A stretch of 54,425 nt of DNA from Polyangiaceae bacterium (GTDB lineage Bacteria > Myxococcota_A > Polyangia > Polyangiales > Polyangiaceae). The notes under the pieces were generated by a model. The model saw only the letters and a program-made list of their open reading frames with translations, made no database searches and was not told where the DNA came from. This document shows positions 38,695 through 49,121 of the stretch, piece after piece. The stretch spans positions 1 to 54,425 of the forward strand of contig JAPSGB010000031.1 of assembly GCA_035063585.1 (NCBI GenBank), read 5' to 3'. Position numbers and translations under genes: made by a program. Position 1 is the first letter of the stretch, and each line of letters opens with the position of its first letter.

Positions 38695-40491
38695 ATGAAC
38701 AAGGGCGGACTCACGCGCGCACTCCTCATCGGCTTGATGGTGTTCCTCGCGTTCACCTTCCTGCCCAAGCTGTTCGGCAAGGGCGGCTCGACCGAACTCC
38801 AGCCACTGAAGTACGAGGGCGAGCGAGCCGCCGCGGAGGGGAAGCCCCGCTCATGCGATCTGTGGGGGCCGCGCTTCCACGCGCAGCTCTCCACGCAAGG
38901 CGCGGATCTCACGCACTTCTGGCTGACGACGGCGAAGTACCAGAAGGACGGAAAGCCGATCGATCTCTCGACGACCCCAGACGTCCCGATGCGCCGCAGC
39001 TTGCGGATGCACTGGCGTCACGGGGCGGCCGCCAGCCCGGACGACCCGAGCTGGCAGCTCGACTACGATCTCGTGAACTACGAGCTCGGCAAGAACGACG
39101 GCAAGAGCTGCGAGTTCATCTATCGCGACGCCAAGGTGGAGCTTCGCAAGCTCGTGCGCGTCACCGAGCGCCCGTACGAGCTCGCCGTCGACGCCACCAT
39201 CACCAATCTCTCGAAGGAGAAGCGGCGTCACGCGCTGACCGTCGACACCGTCACCTGGCGCACGGCCAAGGAAGTCGAAGGGCACATGTTCCGCGTGAGC
39301 CCCTTCGTCACCTTCGTCGAGTGCGTGCCGAGCTCGGGCGACGTGACGCGCCTCACCGAGAAGGATTTCGAGCCCAGCAACTTCCAGAAGGACCATGAGT
39401 TCGCCCCTGGCCCCCTGAACCCCGGGGACTGGTATCAGGCCGAGGGCCGCCCGAGCTTCGCGGCCGTCTCGGACGCGTACTTCTCGCACGTGCTGGCGCC
39501 GATGGACGGGCGAACCCCGGCCTGTCAGCTCCAGGTAGAGGAGCGCTGGGACGCGCGCGCGTTCAAGGCGAAGGCCGACGACCCGAACGCGGGCGGCATG
39601 TACCGAGCGCGCCTCGCCTACGACGCGAGCGAGCTCGAGCCCGGCAAGAGCGCTCGCTACGAGCTCATGAGCTACGCCGGTCCGAAGGAGCGCGATCTCC
39701 TGGCCGGGGCGGGCGGCGGCAAGCACGATCTGAGCGAGCTCATCAACCTCGGGTTCTTCACCGGCATCGCCAAGATCCTGGTGCGCTTCCTGCTTGCCGT
39801 GCACTCGGTGGTGCCGAACTGGGGCATCGCCATCATCGTGCTGACCTTCGCGGCGCGGATGCTGCTCTTCCCGCTCTCGTGGCCGTCCATCAAGAGCATG
39901 GTGAAGATGCGCGAGCTGAAGCCCGAGCTCGACGCGCTCAACGCGAAATTCAAGGACGACGCCCAGGCGCGCGGGCTCGCGCAGATGGAGCTCTGGCGCA
40001 AGCACAACGTCAATCCCATCAAGGGGTGCTTGCCGCAGCTCGCGTCGATGCCGGTGTGGTTCGCGCTCTACACCGCGCTCCAGACCGCGGTCGAACTCTA
40101 CAACATCCCGTTCCTCTGGTTCCCGGATCTCTCCGCGCCGGACCCTTACTACATCTTGCCGTTCATCATCGGCGGGACGTCGTTCGTGCAGCAACTCATC
40201 ATGCCGATGCAGGGCGACCCGACCCAAGCGAAGATGATGCGCTACTTCATGCCGGCGATGTTCACGGTGTTCATGCTCTTTTTGCCGTCGGGGCTCGGCG
40301 TCTACATGTTCACCAACAGCTTGCTCGGCATCCTGCAGCAGCAGGTGGTCGAACGGCATGTCCGCAACCAGTCACTGAAGAGTCAGAGCGTCAGCGGGGG
40401 AGCGATCGAAGTGAAGACGAAAGAGGAGAAGCCTGTCGGCAAGGGCGATAGTGACAAGCCGCGCCCGCTCCTCGACAAAGGAAAGGCCTGA
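38695..40491 (+). CDS. yidC: Membrane protein insertase
   Basis: YAGPK, NWGIAIIVLT, NPIKGCLP, DLSAPDPYYILP and PSGLGVY. Confidence 0.97.
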   Translation: MNKGGLTRALLIGLMVFLAFTFLPKLFGKGGSTELQPLKYEGERAAAEGKPRSCDLWGPRFHAQLSTQGADLTHFWLTTAKYQKDGKPIDLSTTPDVPMRRSLRMHWRHGAAASPDDPSWQLDYDLVNYELGKNDGKSCEFIYRDAKVELRKLVRVTERPYELAVDATITNLSKEKRRHALTVDTVTWRTAKEVEGHMFRVSPFVTFVECVPSSGDVTRLTEKDFEPSNFQKDHEFAPGPLNPGDWYQAEGRPSFAAVSDAYFSHVLAPMDGRTPACQLQVEERWDARAFKAKADDPNAGGMYRARLAYDASELEPGKSARYELMSYAGPKERDLLAGAGGGKHDLSELINLGFFTGIAKILVRFLLAVHSVVPNWGIAIIVLTFAARMLLFPLSWPSIKSMVKMRELKPELDALNAKFKDDAQARGLAQMELWRKHNVNPIKGCLPQLASMPVWFALYTALQTAVELYNIPFLWFPDLSAPDPYYILPFIIGGTSFVQQLIMPMQGDPTQAKMMRYFMPAMFTVFMLFLPSGLGVYMFTNSLLGILQQQVVERHVRNQSLKSQSVSGGAIEVKTKEEKPVGKGDSDKPRPLLDKGKA

Positions 40492-40494
40492 GAG

Positions 40495-41136
40495 ATGACC
40501 CATTCCGATGACCATCAAGACGACCCGAACGTGAGCGACGACGACTGGGAGGACGACGACGCGCTCGACGAAGGCGACGAGTCGGCTGGCGACGAGACCG
40601 ACGACGACGACGGCGCACCGGAAGGCGAGCGCCCCGCCCGCGCTGAGCCGCCCTATCACCCGGAGGGTGACGAGCGCGCACTCGAGGCGCTCGATTTCCT
40701 CTCCAGCGTGATCAAGGAAATGGAGATGGATTGCCAGGTTCGCCTGCGGCGTCCGGGCCGTGATGCGGACGAGAGCGAGATCAACCTCGAGATCAGCGGG
40801 CGCGACGCCGGGCGGATCATCGGCAAGAAGGGCGCGGTGCTCACCGCGCTGCAGTTCATCGTGCACCGGGTGGTGAACCGCCCCGGCCTCGACCGGCGTC
40901 ACGTGCTGGTCGACGCGGAGGGCTACCGCAGCCGTCGCGACGACTCGCTCGCGACGATGGCGCGCCGGCTCGGCAAGCAGGCGGTCGAGCTCGGGAAGAT
41001 CATCACCTTCGAGCCGATGAACCCCCGCGATCGCCGGGTCGTGCACCTCGCGCTCGCCAAGTTCGAGGGCGTGATCACGAAGAGCGACGGCGAGGGCGAG
41101 GACCGCCGGGTGCAGATCATCCCGGTCCGTCGCTGA
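40495..41136 (+). CDS. jag: Jag/KhpB (EloR) KH-R3H RNA-binding protein with acidic N-terminus
   Basis: GRIIGKKGAVLTALQ (KH) and EPMNPRDRRVVH (R3H); follows yidC. Confidence 0.93.
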   Translation: MTHSDDHQDDPNVSDDDWEDDDALDEGDESAGDETDDDDGAPEGERPARAEPPYHPEGDERALEALDFLSSVIKEMEMDCQVRLRRPGRDADESEINLEISGRDAGRIIGKKGAVLTALQFIVHRVVNRPGLDRRHVLVDAEGYRSRRDDSLATMARRLGKQAVELGKIITFEPMNPRDRRVVHLALAKFEGVITKSDGEGEDRRVQIIPVRR

Positions 41137-41360
41137 GCGCCGGCGCGGCGCGCGCGGAGCGCAGAAGCGCTCCGGGGGGTTCCTCGCCGGACCGACAAGA
41201 CCCATGCGCATCCGCGGCTCGGGCGCTCTCTACGCGCGCCTGCCGAGCCGCGACGCGCGTCGCCTGACCGACGGGAGCCGCGGCTCGGGGCCGCGCGCCA
41301 CCCGTCATGAAGCGCGATTGACCGAGATGGGATGCTCGGGTAACGATTCGCGGGGCAGGC

Positions 41361-41984
41361 ATGGAAGGCAGGCAGCACCACGCCCGACGCGCGCTCCTCG
41401 GCGTCGCGTGCGCCGGGCTCATCGGCTCCGCCGCTGCGCCCGCGAGCGCGCAGCTCACCAGCCGCTTCGGGACCCGCGCCGAGCGCGGCTTCGGTAACCG
41501 CGACGCGGTGCTGTTCAGCGTAGAGAACGTGCTCGGGCTCCAGCACTTCGCCATGGGGAGCCTGTCCATCGACGCGAGACCCATGACGCCGCTCTACTGG
41601 GGTAACCTCGGAGTGTGGGTGGTCGACCGGAGCGGGTTCACGTTCGGCGGCACCTTCGGCGCGTCACATGTCTTCTTGGACTCGGGAGACCAGCAGGACG
41701 TCACCCTCGTGCGCCTGCGACCGCGGGTCGGTTACGCGGGCTCGACGACCCAGTGGTTCGGTTACTGGCTGCGCGGCGGGCCATCGATGATGCTCGCGCG
41801 CTTGGGCGGCGACGACACGGTGTTCTCCACGCTGCTCGGCGCCGAGGCCTACGCCGTGGTCACCCCGGTGCCGCACCTCGGCCTGCTCATCGGCCCGAAC
41901 CTCGACTACGGCGTCTACACGAAGAACGCGGGGACCACTTACGAGTACGGGCTCAGCGCCGGCCTGTTCGGTGAGTTCTGGTGA
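41361..41984 (+). CDS. Small outer-membrane beta-barrel-like protein
   Basis: Signal peptide (ASA-Q), alternating strands (PRVGY, WLRGG) and aromatic C-terminus GEFW. Confidence 0.7.
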   Translation: MEGRQHHARRALLGVACAGLIGSAAAPASAQLTSRFGTRAERGFGNRDAVLFSVENVLGLQHFAMGSLSIDARPMTPLYWGNLGVWVVDRSGFTFGGTFGASHVFLDSGDQQDVTLVRLRPRVGYAGSTTQWFGYWLRGGPSMMLARLGGDDTVFSTLLGAEAYAVVTPVPHLGLLIGPNLDYGVYTKNAGTTYEYGLSAGLFGEFW

Positions 41985-42601
41985 TGCGGCGCGCGCTCCT
42001 CTCCGCCGGTTGGTCGGTCGCGGCGCTGCTCGCCGCGAGCGCGGCCTCGGCCAGCGGCGGCGCCTTCTCCACCGAGTATCCCGCCGTGCTGACGGTCGAG
42101 AACCTCGGCGGCGCCATGTACCTGCGGTCGGAGGTGGACGGTGGCCCCGCCTCGGAGGCGGTCGCGACGGGCACCTTCACCACGTTCTCGCCCGCGTACC
42201 AGCCGCTCCCGCGGCTCGGCTTTCACTACTTCGTCGCCGAGCCGCTCTCGCTCGGGCTCGGCGTCCACTATTCGGACCTCGAACGGCTGGGCTCGTCGCT
42301 CGAGCTCGCGCCTCGGGTCGGCGTCGCGCTCCCGTTCGACAGCGGCACGGCGCTCTGGCTCCGCGGCGGCGCGACCTACTTCCGCTACGATCTCGCGGGC
42401 GCGGGCGTCGTGAGCGGGTTCGCGCCGGGCGGCGAGGCGCTGCTCGTGCTAGGCCCGGTCGATCACTTCGCCTTTCTCGTCGGGGCACACTTCTCGGTGT
42501 CGACCGGCGCCACCATGAAAGGTGCGGGCGACGCGGCGGGCTCCGCGGATATTTCCCTCATGCAAGCCGGGCTCACCTTCGGCGTGCTCGCCGACTTCTG
42601 A
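41981..42601 (+). CDS. Small outer-membrane beta-barrel-like protein, probable paralogue of the upstream gene
   Basis: Signal peptide; shares ENLGG, PRVG and WLRGG motifs with the upstream gene; ends in F; overlaps the upstream stop. Confidence 0.7.
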   Translation: MMRRALLSAGWSVAALLAASAASASGGAFSTEYPAVLTVENLGGAMYLRSEVDGGPASEAVATGTFTTFSPAYQPLPRLGFHYFVAEPLSLGLGVHYSDLERLGSSLELAPRVGVALPFDSGTALWLRGGATYFRYDLAGAGVVSGFAPGGEALLVLGPVDHFAFLVGAHFSVSTGATMKGAGDAAGSADISLMQAGLTFGVLADF

Positions 42602-42602
42602 G

Positions 42603-44534
42603 CTAGCGCGCAGCGTAGCTCTTGCCGTCGAAGGCGTAGCGGCGCGGCGCGCTCCCGCTCCACGGCAGGGCGAGCGGCTCGAGCCCGCCGGCCGTGGTGG
42701 TGTCGGGAGGGAACGGGTAGGTGCGCTCCGTCCAGCCAACGGCGCGCCCGGGACCGAGCTCGATGTCGAGGCCGCGCGCGCCGGGCACGAAGGTGATGGT
42801 GCCGAGGATGCGGTCCTCGCCCATCGCGCGTCCGGTCTCGGCGGCGAAGATCCGAGCGACTCCAGCGCCGGTCACCTGATACGCGAAGAAGGCGTAGCGC
42901 TCGACGACGCCGCCACCGAGCTCCTTGCTCGCCTTGGCGTGGAGCACGCCACGGACCAGGATCTCGGCCTTGCCGTCTCCGGTGAGATCGCGCGCGGTCA
43001 CGTCGAGGACGTCTTTCGCGTCGGTGACGCCGATGGTGATGAACGCGTAGCTCGTCCCGCCACGGAACCCCTTGCCGAACACCACGATGTCGCGCTCATG
43101 CACGAGCACGCGCTCCGGCCGGGTATCCCCGACCACATCCGTCACGAAATCGAAGCGGGGCTTCGCCGCGCCCACGTGCCGCTCCTGTCGATAGAGCGCG
43201 TAGACGCGGTCCATGAGCTCGTCCGGCGTCGGCGGGCGCGGAGCCGGAGGCGGCGGAGGGCCGGACGGCGAGGCGGGCGCGGCGCGCGGCTTCGAGAGCT
43301 TCGGCGTGCCGGTCTTCTCTTCCACCTGGCCGAACGCCTTGCCGTCCCACGCGAAGGTGCGGCTCACGACGCTCTGCCAAGGCAAGAGCGCGCCGCCCAT
43401 GTCGTCGCTCACCGGCTCGCGGTAGCTGCCCGGCTCGAAGCCCTCGGCGCGATCCTGCGCGATCTCGACCGCGAAGCCGCGCCCGCGCTTCACCAGCCGC
43501 ACCCGGTTCACCACCCGACCCTCGGGCGTCACCACGGCCGTCTCGTGGGCGAACAGCCGGTACGGCGCGTCATCACGACCCACCTTCGAGATCTCGATGA
43601 CCCCGCGGTAGCGCTCCGCGCCGCCCACGCGCTTCTCGATGACGAGCTCGTCTTTCCCGTCACCGTCCACGTCGACGAGCTTCAACGAGTCGATGAGGTT
43701 CGCGCTCGCCACGCCGAGCTCGCCGAAATAGAACTGGCTCCCGCCCCGATAGTGCGCGCCGACTATGGTGAGGTAGGTTCCGTAGACGGCCACCTGCTCG
43801 ACCATCGCGTCGCCCGCGACGTCGCCGTACGCCACCCGTGAGGGCGTGGTGGAGAGCCCGTTCGGCCGGAGCAGGTTGGCCTCGAGCCCCTGCTCGGCCT
43901 CGAGGCGAAAAGGCGGGAGCGCCGACGCGCCCGGCTGCGCGCTGGTGGAGAGCACCGCGCGGATCTGCCCCGGCGCGTCCGCGTCCGTGTACTCGACGGC
44001 GCCGCGGAGCCCGACCCGCGTCCGCCCCGCTTCCCCGAACGCGGACCACGGGATCAGCGCCTCGACCTCGAGGCCACCCTTGGCCGGCGCCTCGACCACC
44101 TTCGCGCCCGGCACCGCACCGCCACCGCGCACCTTCACGACCCCGGCGAGCTTGCCCGGATCGCCCGGAAAGATGTCGATCGACTGCGCGGCGCCCTTGG
44201 CGGTAGCGAGGGTCACGGTCGCGTGATCCTCGGCCGCGCCGGCGCCGGGCGTCCGCACCAGCTTCGCGTCCACGAGCTCGAGCGCGACGTACACGTTGCG
44301 CTCGTCGTAACCGATGCTCACGCTCGCGCGGGCGCCGCCCGGCGAGCCGCGGAGCCGCTCCCCGAGCTCGATGAGCTCACCCGGCCACTCGCGGAGCAGG
44401 CCGTCGACGGTCACCTTGGTCTTGGCGAGGCTCACCGCGTCGAGCACGCGACCCGCCGCGGACGCTGGGCTCGCGAGCAACAGCGAGGCTCCGAGCCCGA
44501 GGAGCCCCACGCCGAACCTGCGTGCGCGCGTCAC
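42603..44534 (-). CDS. Secreted protein with CBM9/DOMON-like N-terminal domain and FG-GAP-like Ca-binding motifs
   Basis: Signal peptide, VTVDGLLREW, YDERNVYVA and EALIPWS; DVDGDGKDE and DLTGDGKAE; start overlaps the pspA stop. Confidence 0.75.
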   Translation of the reverse strand: MTRARRFGVGLLGLGASLLLASPASAAGRVLDAVSLAKTKVTVDGLLREWPGELIELGERLRGSPGGARASVSIGYDERNVYVALELVDAKLVRTPGAGAAEDHATVTLATAKGAAQSIDIFPGDPGKLAGVVKVRGGGAVPGAKVVEAPAKGGLEVEALIPWSAFGEAGRTRVGLRGAVEYTDADAPGQIRAVLSTSAQPGASALPPFRLEAEQGLEANLLRPNGLSTTPSRVAYGDVAGDAMVEQVAVYGTYLTIVGAHYRGGSQFYFGELGVASANLIDSLKLVDVDGDGKDELVIEKRVGGAERYRGVIEISKVGRDDAPYRLFAHETAVVTPEGRVVNRVRLVKRGRGFAVEIAQDRAEGFEPGSYREPVSDDMGGALLPWQSVVSRTFAWDGKAFGQVEEKTGTPKLSKPRAAPASPSGPPPPPAPRPPTPDELMDRVYALYRQERHVGAAKPRFDFVTDVVGDTRPERVLVHERDIVVFGKGFRGGTSYAFITIGVTDAKDVLDVTARDLTGDGKAEILVRGVLHAKASKELGGGVVERYAFFAYQVTGAGVARIFAAETGRAMGEDRILGTITFVPGARGLDIELGPGRAVGWTERTYPFPPDTTTAGGLEPLALPWSGSAPRRYAFDGKSYAAR

Positions 44535-45358
44535 CGCTTGATCCTGAGCTCCTGCTGCTCCTGCGCCTCGAGCTCGGCGAGCGCCGCTGCGAGCTCGTCC
44601 TGTTCGGCCTCGTCTTCAGGCGCGACGGGCGCGCTCGCGTCGACGCGCACCGCGGCCGGCTCGGGCGCGGGCGGCGGCTCGGGCGGCAGCACGCCCATCT
44701 TCCGCTTGAGCGCCTCGAGATCCATCTCGGCCCCGGCGGTCGCCTCGAGCTGCCCGAACTTGTGCGCGAGCGTGTCGCCCGAGTACTCCTCGGCGAGCTC
44801 GGCGCCCGCCTCGGCCTCGGCTTCCATCTGATCGATCCGCCCGGCCATCTCGTCGAACGCCTCGAAGGCGCTCGCGTTGCGGAGCCCGCTCATCGTCTCC
44901 TGGATGGCCTTCTGCGCCTCGGCGCGCTTCTTGCGCGCGATGAGCAGGTTCTTCTTGCGCTTGGCCTCCTCGATCTTGCCGTTGAGCGCGCGGAGCGCGA
45001 GCTTGAGCTGATCGACGGCGGCCTTCTGCTTCTGCCACTGGTCGCGGAATTGCTCGGCGAGCTGCTCGTGCTCACGCTTGCGCGCGAGGCCCTCTTTGGC
45101 GAGCGCGTCGTCCCCCGCGCGGACTGCCATCATCGCGCGGCGCTCCCACTCGGCGGCGTTCGCCGCCTCCTGCTCTGCCTGCTTCACGAGCCGCTTCTCG
45201 TCGGCGATGGAAGCCGCGACCTGCTTCTTCGCCTCGATGAGCTGCGCGTTCATGTCGATGACGATCTGGTTCAGCATCTTCTCCGGATCTTCGGAGCGGC
45301 TGATGAGATCGTTGATGTTGGATTTGAGGAGCCGGGCGAGGCGTGCGAAAATTCCCAT
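44531..45358 (-). CDS. pspA: PspA/IM30 (Vipp1) family protein
   Basis: MGIFARLARLLKSNINDLISRSEDPEKMLNQ, WERRAMMAVRAGDDALAKEGL and a long coiled coil. Confidence 0.95.
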   Translation of the reverse strand: MGIFARLARLLKSNINDLISRSEDPEKMLNQIVIDMNAQLIEAKKQVAASIADEKRLVKQAEQEAANAAEWERRAMMAVRAGDDALAKEGLARKREHEQLAEQFRDQWQKQKAAVDQLKLALRALNGKIEEAKRKKNLLIARKKRAEAQKAIQETMSGLRNASAFEAFDEMAGRIDQMEAEAEAGAELAEEYSGDTLAHKFGQLEATAGAEMDLEALKRKMGVLPPEPPPAPEPAAVRVDASAPVAPEDEAEQDELAAALAELEAQEQQELRIKR

Positions 45359-45367
45359 GGTCTTCTC

Positions 45368-45769
45368 TCAGCTCTGCTGCTCGGCCAGCTCACGGAGCTT
45401 GCCCAGTTGCTCGGCGAGCGCCAGATCGACGTCCGCCAGCACGGCGTCGAGCTCGTTGATGTCCAGGTTCCGGTTCTCGAGCGCGGCCGAGAGCACGATG
45501 TTCTCACCGTCGATGCCGTAAGCCGCGTGGAGCAAGCTGCTCGCGTTCTGCTCGAGGAGGAAGCGGTAGAGGCGCGCCGCGGCGGCGGAGTCGCCCTTCG
45601 GCGCCTCGCCGATGGTCACGCGCACGACCACCACGGGCGGCGCGAGCCGCACCGCCGCCGGCGGCCGGCCGAGCCCCACCCCGACGAGATAGGTGCCGTC
45701 CGGGGTTCGCTCGAACCGACGTTCGAGCTTGTTCAGGTAGGCCTCGAGATCCTCGTCGGAGTGAATCAT
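45368..45769 (-). CDS. CesT/YbjN-like (type III chaperone fold) protein
   Basis: 133 aa, acidic, LYRFLLEQNASSLLHAAYGIDGENIVL and ENRNLDINEL. Start at ATG 45769. Confidence 0.8.
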   Translation of the reverse strand: MIHSDEDLEAYLNKLERRFERTPDGTYLVGVGLGRPPAAVRLAPPVVVVRVTIGEAPKGDSAAAARLYRFLLEQNASSLLHAAYGIDGENIVLSAALENRNLDINELDAVLADVDLALAEQLGKLRELAEQQS

Positions 45770-45991
45770 CGGGCTCCGAGCATAACCTGACCTGCGCCTC
45801 GCTGGCCCCACGAAATGGTTCCATCACTCCGGGGGGTTGCCGGTCCGGCGCGGAACCACCCGGGGGCGCCGGGCGTCGCTGCCCGGCCGCTCGCTCCGGC
45901 GCGGTCCGCGCACACTCTGCTCGGACTTAGCGCCACGTCGCGAGCCGCGCGCAGAGTTGGCGCGCTCGGGCGCGGGTCGCGCGCCTTCGCG

Positions 45992-46008
45992 CGGCACGCC
46001 CGGTGCAT
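45992..46008 (+). promoter_or_regulatory. Candidate sigma-54 (-24/-12) promoter for the ABC operon
   Basis: CGGCACGCCCGGTGCAT is GG-N10-GC and resembles TGGCACG-N4-TTGC; 18 bp before the ATG. Confidence 0.35.
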
Positions 46009-46026
46009 CGAGCTCACACCCGCCGC

Positions 46027-46754
<728 letters not shown>

Positions 46755-46758
<4 letters not shown>

Positions 46759-49118
46759 GGGCGCTCGACCGCAAGCTCATTCGAGATCTCTCGCGGCTGC
46801 GCGGACAGATGCTCACCATCGCGCTGGTGATCGCGGCGGGCCTGGCCGCCTTCATCAGCTTGCGCGGAACCTACCGCTCGCTCGAACTCGCGCGCTCGAC
46901 GTACTACGAGCGCCAGCGCTTCGCGGACGTGTTCGCCTCGCTCGAGCGCGCGCCCGCGTCCCTCTCGGCAGCGGTCGAGCACATCCCCGGCGTCTCGCGC
47001 GTGGAGACGCGGATCGTGAAGTTCGCCATGCTGCCGCTGCTCGACGTCGCCGAGCCCTTCCGCGCGCAGGTGCTCTCGCTCGGCCCCGAGCCGACTCAGG
47101 CGCTGAACCGGCTGCACCTGTCCTCCGGGCGCTGGTTGGAGCCCGGTCGCGGCGACGAGGTCATGGTGCTCGAGAGCTTCGCGACCGCACGCGGCGTGAG
47201 GCCGGGCGACCGCCTCCCGGCCATCCTGAACGGCAAGAAGCGTGAGCTCCGGGTGGTGGGCGTCGCGCTGTCGCCCGAGTACGTCCTCGCCACCGCGGCG
47301 GGGGACCTCGCGCCGGATCCCGCGCGCTTCGCCGTGCTCTGGATGAGCCAGGACGCGCTCGCGGCGACCTTCCAGATGGAGGGGGCGGTCAATTCGCTGG
47401 CGCTCACGCTGCAGCCGGGCGCCTCTTCCGCCGCGGTCATCGACGCGCTCGATCGGCTGCTCGAGCCCTACGGCGGCACCGGCGCGTTCGCCCGCGCCCA
47501 ACAGCCGTCCGACGACACCATCGAAGGGGAGCTCTCGCAGCTCGAGGCGATGTCTACGCTCCTGCCGCTCATCTTCCTCGGCGTGGCGGCATTGCTCGTG
47601 AACGTAGTGCTCTCGCGGCTGGTCTTCTTGCAGCGCCCGGACATCGCCACGCTGAAGGCGATCGGGTATTCGGACCGCGAGATCGGCGCTCACTTCTTCG
47701 AGCTGGTCATCGTGATCGGCGCGGCCGGCGCGCTCGGCGGGATCGCGCTCGGCGTGTACTTTGGCCGCGCCATGGTCGGGCTATACGAGCAATACTTCAA
47801 GTTCCCGAACCTCCGCTTCTCCTTCGACGCCGAGAGCGCGAGCCTGGCGGTGCTCGCGAGCCTGGCTGCGGCGCTGGCCGGCGCGTTTGGTGCGGTACGG
47901 CGCGTGGTGGCGCTCCCACCCGCGGAGGCGATGCGCCCGCCGGCGCCGGCGCGCTATCGCCGCTCGCTCATCGAGCGGCTCGGGCTCTCGCGGTTCGCCG
48001 GGCCGCCGCTCCACATGATCGTCCGCGAGCTCGAGCGGCGGCCGCTCCGCACCGCGCTCTCCGCGCTGGCCATCGCCGCCTCGGTGGGGCTCATGGTGGT
48101 CGGCGGCTGGTACCGTGACGGCATCGACGAGCTCCTGCACAACCAGTTCCACGAGCTCATGCGCGAGGACGCCTCGGTGGCCTTCAGCGCCGCGCGACCG
48201 GAGCGCGCGCTCGGCGAGCTCGCGCACGTGCCGGGCGTCCTCACCGCGGAGGGGATGCGGGTGGTACCGGTTCGCTTCCGCGCCGGGCATCGGAGCCGCA
48301 ACGGGCTCATCTGGGGCTACCCGGCCGGCGGCGAGCTCCGTCAGCTCCGCGACCGCTACGCGAGGCCCGCGCGGCTACCGCCCGACGGCGTAGTCCTCAC
48401 CGACGTGCTCGCGCGCGTGCTCGGGCTGGAGGTAGGAGACGAGGTCGAGGTCGAGCTCCGAGAGGGCGCGCGCGAGCGGAGAGCGATCAGCGTGACCGGC
48501 CTGGTCGACGAGGCCTTCGGGCTCCAGGGGCACATGACCCGCGAGGCCCTCGCGCGGCTGCTCGACGAAGAACCGAGCGTGAACTTCGCCCTGCTCCGCA
48601 CCGATCCCGCGCAAGCTTCGGTCATCGACGCGCGCCTCAAGGACATGCCTTTCGTCGCCAGCGTGACCCGCCGCGCCAACATGGTGAAGCGCTTCGAAGA
48701 CCAGAGCGCGGACATGGTCCTCACCCTCAGCGTCGTCGTCATGGCGTTCGCGGCGACCATCACGGTGGGCGTGGTCTACAACAACGCGCGAGTGGCGCTC
48801 TCGCTCCGCTCGCGCGACCTCGCCTCGATGCGCGTGCTCGGCTTCACGCGGCGAGAGATCTCGTCGATTCTGCTCGGGGAGATGGCCTTTCAGGTGCTCC
48901 TCGCGCTGCCCCTCGGGCTCTGGTTCGGCAAGCTCCTGGTGCTCGCGCTCGCCGCCACGGTCGACCCCGAGCGCTGGAGGATGCCCATCATCTTGACCTC
49001 GCGGAGCTACGCGCTGGCGGCCCTCGTCGCGCTGCTCGCGAGCGTCGCGTCGGCGCTGCTGGTGCGTCGTCGCCTCGATCGGCTGGATCTCATCGGCGTG
49101 CTGAAGACCCGGGAGTAG
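46755..49118 (+). CDS. ABC transporter permease with two FtsX/MacB units
   Basis: [10 protein letters not shown] and [11 protein letters not shown]tsX motifs; two periplasmic domains. Confidence 0.93.
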
Positions 49119-49121
49119 ATC

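Noticed and set aside
41140..41300. Structured ncRNA after jag
   Set aside because: Several GC hairpins are present, but these are expected by chance at this GC content and match no RNA family I recognise.
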